The position numbers and the translations under genes were made by a program. The notes beneath the pieces were generated by a model. That model was not told the origin of the DNA. It saw nothing but the letters and a program-made list of their open reading frames with translations, and did not search any database. A stretch of DNA of 64,000 nt, from positions 58,340-122,339 of the forward strand of contig CAZIVL010000002.1 in the NCBI GenBank assembly GCA_964543035.1. The letters are read 5' to 3'. The DNA is from an uncultured Gammaproteobacteria bacterium. GTDB lineage: Bacteria; Patescibacteriota; Microgenomatia; CAZETR01; Amesbacteraceae. Positions 9,716-18,687 of the stretch are shown one piece after another. Numbering within the stretch: position 1 is the stretch's first letter; each line of letters opens with the position of its first letter.

Positions 9716-10132
9716 ATGCAAAAACCCGGGTTAACCATGATCGAGCTAACGCTGGTTTTGGGACTGGTAGTCATGCTATCGGCAATTTCGGTGGGATGGT
9801 ATTCGCGGTTTTTGACCCAAAATGCAGTGTCTGACACGACTGATTATCTGGTGGAAACACTGAGAAAGGCGCAAGTTTACACGACGTCGGGGAGGTATGA
9901 CAGCGGTTGGGGAGTGTCATATGTGGCACCTACTATTACGTTGTACGCAGTGGGTACAAGTGCGTATAACGAGACATATACTGTGAATTCCAATATCTCT
10001 ATCTCGGGACTAACTAGTATTGAATTTTCTAGTCCGGCTGGAATTCCGAGTGCGACGGCGTCTATTGTAGTTTCGGGTAACAATACTAGTAAGACGATTA
10101 CAGTTAATTCGGCTGGATCGATATCTAGATGA
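9716..10132 (+). CDS. prepilin-type N-terminal cleavage/methylation domain protein (minor pilin)
   Basis: N-terminus MQKPGLTMIELTLVLGLVVMLSAI is a class III signal peptide (G-L-T-M-I-E-L). Confidence 0.75.
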   Translation: MQKPGLTMIELTLVLGLVVMLSAISVGWYSRFLTQNAVSDTTDYLVETLRKAQVYTTSGRYDSGWGVSYVAPTITLYAVGTSAYNETYTVNSNISISGLTSIEFSSPAGIPSATASIVVSGNNTSKTITVNSAGSISR

Positions 10133-11940
10133 AAAGAAAATTGGGATTCTCTGTCGTGGAAGTCACATTGGCCGTCGCTTTGTTTGCCATATTTGGAGTG
10201 GGAGTAGTCGTGGCTGTGATATCAAATCTGAGCTTAAACCAGTCGGGACAAGAACAAACGATTGCTAGTCAATATGCTTCTGAAGGGGTGGAAGCAATAA
10301 GGTCTATTAAAAACCAAAATTTTTCGGCACTAACTAATGGTAATTGGGGAATCGTTCAAAGCGGGGGAGTGTGGACACTATCTGGGGCTAATAATACTTG
10401 GGATAAATATACGCGGGTGATAAATATCTCTTCTGTGCAAAGAGATGTGAGTGGGAATATCGTGGCATCGGGAGGAACAGTAGATCCGGATACAAAAAAA
10501 GTAACGGTGACTGTGTCTTGGAACGTGAATCCTGTAAGACCTGTGTCGTCTGTAACTTCGTCATATGTCACAAACTGGAAAGCAGGGGTGGATGACGGGG
10601 TGATCGTGTATGGAGATACAGGTAACGCTACTATTCAGAGATATCGACTGTTTAATGACTCGACTAATTCTTTTACTACAGAGGGACCTGCGGGGTCGGG
10701 ATTTTCGGACGCGAGTGTGGGAAGAAGATTTGTTACGGCTAGTTCTCCGACCAAAAAAGAAGCAGTGGCGGGGTATGAAAGTTCTAGTGGGGCAATGAGG
10801 ATAATGTGTTTTGACGGAAGTACTTGGAGTAATGAATTTACGGTCGCTTTGGGAGGAAACCCCCTTATAGATGGAAGATTTGATATTGGGTATGAAAAAA
10901 GTACTGGCGATGTGATCGTGGTGTATTCGAAAAATGTAGCGAATACAAATGAACTGGCATATCGGACAAAATCGGGAAGCGTCGGTTGCGGGGCGGCTAA
11001 TTGGAGTGGGGAAAATCTATATGACGCAGTACGGACTACTGGGACTGTGCATTGGATAAGAGTAGAAAGTAATCCGGTATCCTCGTCATCCGATGTGGCA
11101 GTCGCATGGGCGGACTCGAACTCAGATCTGTCGGTTGCTATCTGGACGGGTAATTCGTTTGGCATTGCAGAGCCTGCGACTGTTCTTGAAAATAACCTGG
11201 AGCGGGCATCTGGTTCACAGGATGTATTATCTTTTGATCTGGCTTATGAAAGCTTGACGGGCAATCTGATGGTTGTATGGGGACTATTGCAGGCAACAAC
11301 TTGCACAGCCGGTACGACGATTGCGACCACTAATTGTATTCGGTATGCCAGATACTCGGGCGCTTGGGAAGCCGTGGCTGTGATACCTACGGTTGCAGAT
11401 CCGGCTACAAATATAGATATAGCTGGGAATCCAGCTAGTAATGAGCTAGCTCTGATTGCAGTCGATAATTCTCAGGCTGATACATCACTGGCTTATTGGT
11501 CGGGGAGTACTTGGACTGGGACTGCGAATAGAGATACTTCGGCGCAAGCAGTTTCCGCTGGAGCAAAACGTGTGGCAATAGGGTGGCTCAAATCTGGATC
11601 TACGAGTAGAAGTATTGCTGTGTACGATGATGCCGGAGCGACAACAAATATAGGTTGGGTGGTGGGAAACGGAGCGGTATTTACGAGTCAAACAGACGTG
11701 GCACCAACACCGGCTTTTGGGGCACCGCAGACGTGGTATGAGATATATCCTGATCCCATAAACACTGACAAGCTGATGTTCGTTGTTTCAGACAACAACA
11801 ACGATCTGTTTGCCAAGAGGCTGGTAATGACGTCTGCCCCGGCTTTTACCTGGACTAATTCAGACGGGGGAGCGGCTTTGGAGACATTGATGGGACAAGC
11901 AGTCGGGGCTCCTTATGGTTTTTCGTATTGGAAGCAATGA
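10129..11940 (+). CDS. large (603 aa) prepilin-type protein, probable minor pilin/tip protein
   Basis: N-terminus MKRKLGFSVVEVTLAVALFAIFGVGVV is a prepilin-like signal with E at +5, followed by about 570 aa of extracellular sequence. Confidence 0.65.
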   Translation: MKRKLGFSVVEVTLAVALFAIFGVGVVVAVISNLSLNQSGQEQTIASQYASEGVEAIRSIKNQNFSALTNGNWGIVQSGGVWTLSGANNTWDKYTRVINISSVQRDVSGNIVASGGTVDPDTKKVTVTVSWNVNPVRPVSSVTSSYVTNWKAGVDDGVIVYGDTGNATIQRYRLFNDSTNSFTTEGPAGSGFSDASVGRRFVTASSPTKKEAVAGYESSSGAMRIMCFDGSTWSNEFTVALGGNPLIDGRFDIGYEKSTGDVIVVYSKNVANTNELAYRTKSGSVGCGAANWSGENLYDAVRTTGTVHWIRVESNPVSSSSDVAVAWADSNSDLSVAIWTGNSFGIAEPATVLENNLERASGSQDVLSFDLAYESLTGNLMVVWGLLQATTCTAGTTIATTNCIRYARYSGAWEAVAVIPTVADPATNIDIAGNPASNELALIAVDNSQADTSLAYWSGSTWTGTANRDTSAQAVSAGAKRVAIGWLKSGSTSRSIAVYDDAGATTNIGWVVGNGAVFTSQTDVAPTPAFGAPQTWYEIYPDPINTDKLMFVVSDNNNDLFAKRLVMTSAPAFTWTNSDGGAALETLMGQAVGAPYGFSYWKQ

Positions 11941-12446
11941 TAAAAAATAAAAACAAATTTGGTTTTACTTTGGTGGAGATTATTTTGTATATAGGGATTG
12001 TGTCTATGATACTGGTCTCTGTCTCGTCTCTGGGGTGGATAGTGGTCTCGTCTGGGGCTAAAAGTCGGGTGCAAGAAGAAGTGTCGGGGACAGCCAGATA
12101 TGTGGCGGAAAGGATTTCGTATGAAATACGAAGAGCGTCGGGGATTGGAAGCTGGTCTGCCAATAGTATTACTTTGAATAATTTTGCGCCGGATACGACG
12201 ACTGTGATTACCTGGGATTCTCCAACTGGCAAGGTGAGGATAAACAAAAACGGAACGGGATTTGTAGATTTGAATTCCAACGATACGGCGGTGACTACGC
12301 TCACTTTTACCAACAACACGTCGGTAGATAACAAGACAAAAAACATTGGATTTACTCTCACTGTATCGGCGAACACTGCTTCTGGAAGTCAAATATATAA
12401 GTCAGAGACGACAGTTAGATCGACGGTAGAATTGAGGAGTAACTGA
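11937..12446 (+). CDS. prepilin-type minor pilin
   Basis: MIKNKNKFGFTLVEIILYIGIVSMIL class III signal peptide; start overlaps the upstream stop. Confidence 0.7.
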   Translation: MIKNKNKFGFTLVEIILYIGIVSMILVSVSSLGWIVVSSGAKSRVQEEVSGTARYVAERISYEIRRASGIGSWSANSITLNNFAPDTTTVITWDSPTGKVRINKNGTGFVDLNSNDTAVTTLTFTNNTSVDNKTKNIGFTLTVSANTASGSQIYKSETTVRSTVELRSN

Positions 12447-13993
12447 TGAAAAAAAATATGCGAGGTGGCTTCATTGCCACATATTCAGTCCTGGTAGTAC
12501 TAGCAGTAGTCGCGTCTGTGGCTACGGTGACTACATATTTGGCAGTGGGAAATGCCAAGGGATCACTGTCTTTTGCCAAGGGAGTGGATGCTTTGGGATT
12601 TGCGGAAGGATGCGTGGAAGATGGACTGCTTAAGGCTCGAGCTGCTGCTACATTTGGTGATCCAGTGGGAACTATTGTAACCGTGACCAGACCAGAAGGG
12701 ACGTGTCAGCTGACTGTGGACTCTAAGGTGGGGGAGGTGTGGACGATGACGGTCACGAACTTTGTGCCGACGCCTACAATTGCGGCTACGCCTACTCCTT
12801 CGAATACGCCGACTCCTTCACCAACGCTTGCTCCAACGGCTACTCCAGCGCCTTGGCCTACTCCTACTCCTAATGGCCCAACGCCTACAGCAGGGCCGAC
12901 GTGTGTGATGCGAAATGTAAGTACGCCATTAACTGACTTGGGAGGGGGAGAGTATATGCGACTTACCACGATCAATCCCGAGACATATACAGCAACGGGG
13001 GTTATTGGGGGATTGTATCCTGGAGGAGTGAATATCCGGCCCGGAATACATAAAACAGATGGGCTGGCAGCGGCTGCCTCGATCCAACCACTTGATGCCA
13101 CCGGCGTGCCAGATGGGGAGGGACTGATCGGAATGACTTCGATCGGGATGTCAAACACGTCTACGGAATTTGGGGTGTTCAAGTCTTTGGCGGACGCCGA
13201 TTCGCAAAAAAATTCTAAAGTCAAAATCGCCAATGGGGCTTTGTCGGGGTCGGTCGTGGAAGTGTGGACGGATCCTTTGAATAATAACTTTAACTATGCT
13301 TGGAATACGCATTTACCCCAACAGATAACGCAAGCGGGGCTAACTAATGCTCAAGTGCAGGTCGCTTGGATAAAAGTGACGCAGTTTGCTTACCAACCTG
13401 ATTTTCCGGCTGCGATGGTGAATCTAAAAGGAATGTATGAAGAATTGGCTAGGCTTTTGAAAGCCAGATTTCCGAATCTGAGAATCACTTATTTTTCCAG
13501 TCGCACTCGGTCGTTTTCATATCTGGGAGGACTATCGGGTGAATCGACGGCTTTTGAAAATGCATTTGCCGTGCGGTGGATGATCGAGGATCAGATGAAT
13601 GGACTGGGAAATGTGAATTTTAATCCTAATAATGGTCCAGTTGTCGCTTCGTATATTACTTGGGGACCGTATTTGTGGATAGACGGCGAGAATGCGAGGG
13701 GTGATGGGCGAACGTGGCCTGCAAATAGTGTGGTCTCTGACTGTACTCATCCATCTACTTGGGGATCGACGATGGTGGCGGATATGTTGACCCAACACTT
13801 TAAGACTGATGAAACGGCCGCTCCTTGGTACTTGGCTGCTCCTGGAGGTACGCCCTCACCCACGCCAACTCCAACCGCGGCACCAACACCAACCCCCGCA
13901 CCTTATGTGAGCGTGCAAAATCAAAGAACGATACGAGTGATATTTAATCGGACTGGATCTGGGCTGACGCTAACTTCTTGGCAAGAGCTGTAG
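12446..13993 (+). CDS. pilus-locus protein with N-terminal hydrophobic anchor and two Pro/Thr-rich linkers
   Basis: 515 aa; N-term GFIATYSVLVVLAVV; linkers PTPTIAATPTPSNTPTPSPTLAPTATPAPWPTPTPNGPTPTAGPT and GGTPSPTPTPTAAPTPTPAP; no known catalytic motif recognised. Confidence 0.5.
   Translation: MKKNMRGGFIATYSVLVVLAVVASVATVTTYLAVGNAKGSLSFAKGVDALGFAEGCVEDGLLKARAAATFGDPVGTIVTVTRPEGTCQLTVDSKVGEVWTMTVTNFVPTPTIAATPTPSNTPTPSPTLAPTATPAPWPTPTPNGPTPTAGPTCVMRNVSTPLTDLGGGEYMRLTTINPETYTATGVIGGLYPGGVNIRPGIHKTDGLAAAASIQPLDATGVPDGEGLIGMTSIGMSNTSTEFGVFKSLADADSQKNSKVKIANGALSGSVVEVWTDPLNNNFNYAWNTHLPQQITQAGLTNAQVQVAWIKVTQFAYQPDFPAAMVNLKGMYEELARLLKARFPNLRITYFSSRTRSFSYLGGLSGESTAFENAFAVRWMIEDQMNGLGNVNFNPNNGPVVASYITWGPYLWIDGENARGDGRTWPANSVVSDCTHPSTWGSTMVADMLTQHFKTDETAAPWYLAAPGGTPSPTPTPTAAPTPTPAPYVSVQNQRTIRVIFNRTGSGLTLTSWQEL
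12775..12900 (+). repeat. coding low-complexity (Pro-Thr)n linker repeat
   Basis: ACGCCTACTCC-type degenerate tandem repeats encoding PTPTPSPT inside the 12446..13993 ORF. Confidence 0.6.
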
Positions 13994-14000
13994 AGGGCTG

Positions 14001-14029
14001 TTGACAAGCTCTCCAGAATAGTCTTTACT
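14001..14029 (+). promoter_or_regulatory. putative sigma70-like promoter of the major pilin gene
   Basis: TTGACA (14001-14006), 17-nt spacer, TTTACT (14024-14029), 10 nt before the ATG at 14040. Confidence 0.3.
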
Positions 14030-14039
14030 AGATGTAGAT

Positions 14040-14528
14040 ATGAAAACTGGTTTTAAGCGTGGTTTTACACTGATTGAACTTTTGATGGTGGTCGCGATTA
14101 TTTCTCTTTTGGCCGTATCGGTGTTTGTGGCTCTGAATCCCTCTAAGAGATTGCGTGATACTAAAGATGCGAGAAGAGCAACAGATGCGGATACGATTTT
14201 AACTGCCATTCATCAATATATTGTCGACAACAAAGGATCTTTGCCAACTGGTCTTACTACACCGATGGTTATCACAATGTTGGGAACAGGATCTGCTTGT
14301 AGTACCACTCCTGGTGCTTATTGCGGATCGGTACCGGCAGCTTGTGTGAACTTGACTACACCGTTGGCCACCTATTTGAAGAGTATGCCGATTGACCCCA
14401 ACGGAACCTCAGGAACACCAGCATTTGATGCAGCCAAGACTGGCTATGCAGTGACAGTAGACGCTAACGGTATTGTGACGGTCACTTCATGTTCTTCAGA
14501 AAATTCGGCCATTACTGTCTCCAGGTAG
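14040..14528 (+). CDS. pilA: type IV major pilin
   Basis: MKTGFKRGFTLIELLMVVAIISLLA canonical prepilin leader (G-F-T-L-I-E-L); 162 aa with a C-terminal Cys pair. Confidence 0.85.
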   Translation: MKTGFKRGFTLIELLMVVAIISLLAVSVFVALNPSKRLRDTKDARRATDADTILTAIHQYIVDNKGSLPTGLTTPMVITMLGTGSACSTTPGAYCGSVPAACVNLTTPLATYLKSMPIDPNGTSGTPAFDAAKTGYAVTVDANGIVTVTSCSSENSAITVSR

Positions 14529-14556
14529 GTCTCCGAATTTAGTGTAAAATTGATGT

Positions 14557-15156
14557 ATGAGATGGATTGTAAGGGTGGGGAACAGGGGAATTCAAATCGT
14601 ACAGGATCATCCTGATGCGACTTTCACCTGGGGATACCCGGAAAGTTTGGTGGTAAATGGTGATGTAATAGATGAAAAGAAGCTGTGCGAAGCATTTTTG
14701 CAATTTGTAAAAAACAACAGAAAAAGACCAGTGCAGACCGTGGTAACTCTGACTGAGGAAGTAGTGTTTTATAAAAAAGGTATATTAAAGACTGGGCTTC
14801 AGGAATTTTTGGATCTGGTACCCCTAGAAGAAGCGAAGATGATAAAAAAGATTGTCGAGTACAAAGATGGAAAGGTCGATGTGTGGGTATGCAATAAGAG
14901 CTTGGTAAATGCGATTGTGACTGCCCTGGATGGAAAACTGGAGGGGGTCGTCTCTGAGGCAATGCTAAAAGATGGGGACTATAAAAATGTGTGGAAAGAT
15001 AGAAACGGTTTGAGAAATGGAAGCTTTTTGACTAAAGGGAATGGGACGGCTGGGACATCTGAAAAAACTTGGACGTGGCTCGTGTGGGGAGTGGGAGTCA
15101 TGATCTGGCTGGGGATAATCGGGGCGCTCATATATTTTAAGGTGTTGACAAAATAA
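14557..15156 (+). CDS. hypothetical protein with C-terminal TM anchor, downstream of pilA
   Basis: 199 aa; C-terminal WTWLVWGVGVMIWLGIIGALIYF helix; no recognised domain. Confidence 0.35.
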   Translation: MRWIVRVGNRGIQIVQDHPDATFTWGYPESLVVNGDVIDEKKLCEAFLQFVKNNRKRPVQTVVTLTEEVVFYKKGILKTGLQEFLDLVPLEEAKMIKKIVEYKDGKVDVWVCNKSLVNAIVTALDGKLEGVVSEAMLKDGDYKNVWKDRNGLRNGSFLTKGNGTAGTSEKTWTWLVWGVGVMIWLGIIGALIYFKVLTK

Positions 15157-15194
15157 ATTTGTATTCGTAATATATCCCCATAGGGGGGATATAT
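15145..15194 (+). promoter_or_regulatory. promoter (TTGACA-N17-TAATAT) overlapped by a C/G-rich inverted repeat, candidate CsoR operator
   Basis: TTGACA at 15145-15150 and TAATAT at 15168-15173; palindrome TATATCCCCATAGGGGGGATATAT at 15171-15194 overlaps the -10 and the csoR start codon. This resembles known CsoR operators (C-tract/G-tract inverted repeats). Confidence 0.5.
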
Positions 15195-15465
15195 GACATA
15201 CAGACCAAAAGATACTAAAGAAAGAATAATTCACAGACTAAAGATCTCCCGGGGACATCTGGATCGGGTAATAAAAATGGTAAGTGAGGACGCGTATTGT
15301 ATTGATGTCATGCATCAGCTGCAAGCCATTGAGTCAGGACTATCTGAAACTGGAAACACACTTTTGGAAAATCATTTGAAGTCGTGTGTGGCAGATGCTA
15401 TCAAGGGTGGGAGGGCACAAGAATCGATAGAGGAAATTATGCAAGTGTTTAAGAAAAAGAAATGA
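15193..15465 (+). CDS. csoR: copper-sensing transcriptional repressor CsoR (CsoR/RcnR DUF156 family)
   Basis: 90 aa; [16 protein letters not shown]...[16 protein letters not shown] with a conserved Cys-His-Cys pattern (C36/H61/C65-like). Confidence 0.85.
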   Translation: MTYRPKDTKERIIHRLKISRGHLDRVIKMVSEDAYCIDVMHQLQAIESGLSETGNTLLENHLKSCVADAIKGGRAQESIEEIMQVFKKKK

Positions 15466-17558
15466 TCAAAAAGACTTATGAAATAAAAGGAATGCACTGT
15501 GCATCTTGCGTGAGTGTGATCGAAAAAAGTCTAAAAAAAGTGCCTGGAGTAACCGATGTGGTGGCAAATCTGGCCAGTAATAAGGCTACGGTGACAATGG
15601 AACATGAGTTGCCAGAGGCCGAATTGGCAACTGCTGTAAAAAAAGTAGGGTACACCCTGGGGATAAGTGAACACGAGCATGCGAACGGATCACATGTGGT
15701 AATCCCCATGACTTTGGTGGGAGTGAGTGTAGTAATAATGCTTTGGGAGTCCTTACTGCCTATGAGTGCTTTTGTAGAAGAATTGTTTCATCATATTTTG
15801 CCACTGATGGCCACATATATGATGTTTTCTGTGGGGAGGCCATACTTATTGGGAATATGGCGGTTTTTGAAATATAAAAAGGCGGATATGGATGCACTTG
15901 TAGGAATCGGGACGGGAGTGGCGTTTCTTTATAGCTTTTGGTCATCGGTGACTGGAGGCGAATATGTATATTATGATGTGGTAATTGTGGTCATAGGGTT
16001 GGTTACCTTGGGCAAACATCTGGAAGCGGTAGCGCGAGCCCACACGTCGGATGCGATCAAAAAACTTTTGGGATTGTCACCCAAGCAAGCCCGAGTGATA
16101 CGAGGTGAAAATGAGATAGATGTGCCAATCGAACAAGTGGTTCTGGGAGACATGATCCGGGTGCGACCAGGGGAAAAAGTACCCGTGGATGGAGTGGTAG
16201 TAGAAGGTGAATCGGCGGTGGATGAATCGATGGTGACAGGAGAAAGTATGCCAATTGAGAAAAGAGTGGGTATGGATGTAATTGGGGCGACAGTGAATAA
16301 AACGGGTAGTTTTGTCATGAAGGCGAAAAGAGTCGGATCTGAGACCATACTTTCACAAATTATTAGGCTGGTCGAAGAGGCGCAAGGATCGAAAGCGCCT
16401 ATTCAGAGGCTCGCAGACTCGGTGTCAGAATATTTTGTGCCGGTAGTTTTGATACTAGCCCTGGCGACATTTCTGATATGGGGATATGTGCTGGGAGACT
16501 TCAGACAGGGAACAATCGCTGCAGTGACGGTTCTGATCATTGCTTGTCCGTGTGCGATGGGACTGGCTACACCCACGGCTATTATGGTGGGTACGGGACT
16601 GGGAGCCTCGCGGGGAATATTGATAAAAAATGCAGCTGCTTTGGAAATGGCAAATAAGGTACAAACAGTAGTGTTTGATAAAACTGGAACTCTCACTCAG
16701 GGTCGGCCTGAGGTGGTGTATTTTTCTTCTAAAAAAGTACTTGCAATTGCAGCAAGCATCGAAAAAGCTTCGGAACACGTGCTGGCAGAAGCAATAGTCC
16801 GAAAAGCTCACGATGAAGGAGTGAAACTGGAGAAGGTAACAAAGTTTGCTGCAATTGTAGGACAGGGAGTGGAGGGAGTGGTGATGGGTAAGAAGTGGGT
16901 AGTGGGTCGTGTTTTGACAAAGGAGTATGAGGAACAGGTTAGAAAATTGGAGAGCGAGGGGAATACAGTCATTTATGTGTCACAGGGAGAAAATGTAGAA
17001 GGAATAATAGCGGTTGCTGACACAGTGAAAGAAACGGCTGTGGAGGGGATATTGGTACTACAAAAATTGGGACTTGAGGTAGTGATGATGACAGGGGATA
17101 ACAAGAGGACAGCTGATGCTATTGGGACGCAACTGGAAATAGACAGGGTACTTTCTGAAGTAAAACCCGCTGACAAAGAATCTGAGGTGCGAAAGATACA
17201 GAAAGAAGGAAAAATTGTGGCTATGGTGGGAGATGGAATAAATGATGCGCCGGCACTGGCTGTTTCGGATGTGGGGATGGCTATGGGGACGGGGACTGAT
17301 GTAGCAATAGAAGCCTCATCGGTGACCCTCGTTAACCGAGATCTGAAAACAGTAGCAGCCACCATAGAGCTATCCAGAAAGACAATGAGAACAATTGTCA
17401 TGAACCTGGTCTGGGCATTTGGATACAATATTGTCCTTATACCCGTGGCCATGACGGGAAATCTAAATCCGATGCTTGCTGGCCTGGCAATGGCTCTGTC
17501 CTCGGTCTCGGTCGTGACTAACTCATTACTTTTGAAACGTGCGAAAATACATATATGA
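15462..17558 (+). CDS. copA: copper-translocating P1B-type ATPase
   Basis: 698 aa; N-terminal HMA domain [11 protein letters not shown] motif [19 protein letters not shown] phosphorylation site, GDGINDAP hinge. Confidence 0.95.
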   Translation: MIKKTYEIKGMHCASCVSVIEKSLKKVPGVTDVVANLASNKATVTMEHELPEAELATAVKKVGYTLGISEHEHANGSHVVIPMTLVGVSVVIMLWESLLPMSAFVEELFHHILPLMATYMMFSVGRPYLLGIWRFLKYKKADMDALVGIGTGVAFLYSFWSSVTGGEYVYYDVVIVVIGLVTLGKHLEAVARAHTSDAIKKLLGLSPKQARVIRGENEIDVPIEQVVLGDMIRVRPGEKVPVDGVVVEGESAVDESMVTGESMPIEKRVGMDVIGATVNKTGSFVMKAKRVGSETILSQIIRLVEEAQGSKAPIQRLADSVSEYFVPVVLILALATFLIWGYVLGDFRQGTIAAVTVLIIACPCAMGLATPTAIMVGTGLGASRGILIKNAAALEMANKVQTVVFDKTGTLTQGRPEVVYFSSKKVLAIAASIEKASEHVLAEAIVRKAHDEGVKLEKVTKFAAIVGQGVEGVVMGKKWVVGRVLTKEYEEQVRKLESEGNTVIYVSQGENVEGIIAVADTVKETAVEGILVLQKLGLEVVMMTGDNKRTADAIGTQLEIDRVLSEVKPADKESEVRKIQKEGKIVAMVGDGINDAPALAVSDVGMAMGTGTDVAIEASSVTLVNRDLKTVAATIELSRKTMRTIVMNLVWAFGYNIVLIPVAMTGNLNPMLAGLAMALSSVSVVTNSLLLKRAKIHI

Positions 17559-18484
17559 ATCTGTGGGTCATACTATTTACGGGACTGACTGTGGGAGGGC
17601 TGACGTGTCTGGCTGTCCAGGGAGGACTTTTGGCTTCGATTATTGCTACAAATGAAAACAAAAATACACTGAGGCCAACCTTGATATTTTTGATGGCAAA
17701 ATTAGCGGCGCATGCTGCTTTGGGATTTGGGCTGGGGGCGTTTGGGAGTGTGGTGGGAATATCGGATAACGTTACTTTGACAGTGCAAATACTAGTCGGG
17801 GTATACATGATCTTGGTGGCACTGAATCTACTGGATATCCACCCAATATTTAGGTATGTGCAGATCCAACCGCCAAAGTTTCTGGCAAAAAAGATTAGAA
17901 CAGCATCGACTCCGGCACTTCTGGGACTCATGACGGTATTTATGCCTTGTGGAACAACTTTGGCTATGGAAGCGCTGGCGGTGGGAAGTGGAAATCCGGT
18001 AACGGGGGCTCTTATTATGGCGGTATTTGTCCTGGGGACTACACCTGCTTTTTTGGGAATTGGATACGCTTCCTCTAAACTGGGGGATAAATATAGAAAG
18101 AACTTTTTTAGACTGGCGGCCATACTGGTCATGTACTTGGGACTGTCTTCTATAAATGGAGCGTTGATTGTAAAAGGGATAAATATACTTCCTCAAAGAG
18201 AAAGTGGAGAATCAGAGACGACACAAAATGTGACTATAAATGTGATGGCTTATGGATACGAGCCGCGATATGTGAAAGTAAAACAAGGTGAGGAGGTCAC
18301 TGTGACCCTGGTCGGAAAAGGGGGATACTCTTGTGCTTCGGCATTTAGAATACCGAGCTTGTCGATTGGGAAAAACCTGCTTCCTGATGAAAAATATACT
18401 TTTTCTTTTACACCAACTAAGAAAGGTAAAATACCTTTTACTTGTTCGATGGGAATGTACACTGGCGTAATCGAGGTCATATGA
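17555..18484 (+). CDS. polytopic membrane protein (DsbD_2/TauE-like, Cys-containing) fused to a C-terminal cupredoxin-like domain
   Basis: 309 aa; about 6 TM helices with LTCLAVQGG and [11 protein letters not shown]; the C-terminal 90 aa ([25 protein letters not shown]...[14 protein letters not shown]) looks like a cupredoxin beta-sandwich. Placement between copA and copZ suggests a copper-related function. Confidence 0.5.
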   Translation: MNLWVILFTGLTVGGLTCLAVQGGLLASIIATNENKNTLRPTLIFLMAKLAAHAALGFGLGAFGSVVGISDNVTLTVQILVGVYMILVALNLLDIHPIFRYVQIQPPKFLAKKIRTASTPALLGLMTVFMPCGTTLAMEALAVGSGNPVTGALIMAVFVLGTTPAFLGIGYASSKLGDKYRKNFFRLAAILVMYLGLSSINGALIVKGINILPQRESGESETTQNVTINVMAYGYEPRYVKVKQGEEVTVTLVGKGGYSCASAFRIPSLSIGKNLLPDEKYTFSFTPTKKGKIPFTCSMGMYTGVIEVI

Positions 18485-18687
18485 AAATCAAAAAGAAATT
18501 GAAAATTGAGGGGATGCATTGTGCGGCGTGTGCTATGAACATAGATTTTGATGTGGAGGATATAAAAGGGGTGCTGTCATGCAAAACAAGCTACGCCCGG
18601 GCGGAGACAGAAATAGAAATGGAGGAGGGGTTGGATATGAGTCTTGTCAAAAAGGCTGTGTCAAAACTGGGATATGTCGTAAAATAG
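18481..18687 (+). CDS. copZ: heavy-metal-associated copper chaperone CopZ
   Basis: 68 aa from the ATG at 18481 (ATGA overlap with the upstream gene); GMHCAACAMNI is the MxCxxC metal-binding motif. Confidence 0.8.
   Translation: MKIKKKLKIEGMHCAACAMNIDFDVEDIKGVLSCKTSYARAETEIEMEEGLDMSLVKKAVSKLGYVVK

Noticed and set aside
14557-15156. PilM/PilN-like assembly protein downstream of pilA
   Set aside because: Only a vague N-terminal resemblance (IVRVGNRGIQIV) and a C-terminal rather than N-terminal TM. This is not enough to assign; left as hypothetical.
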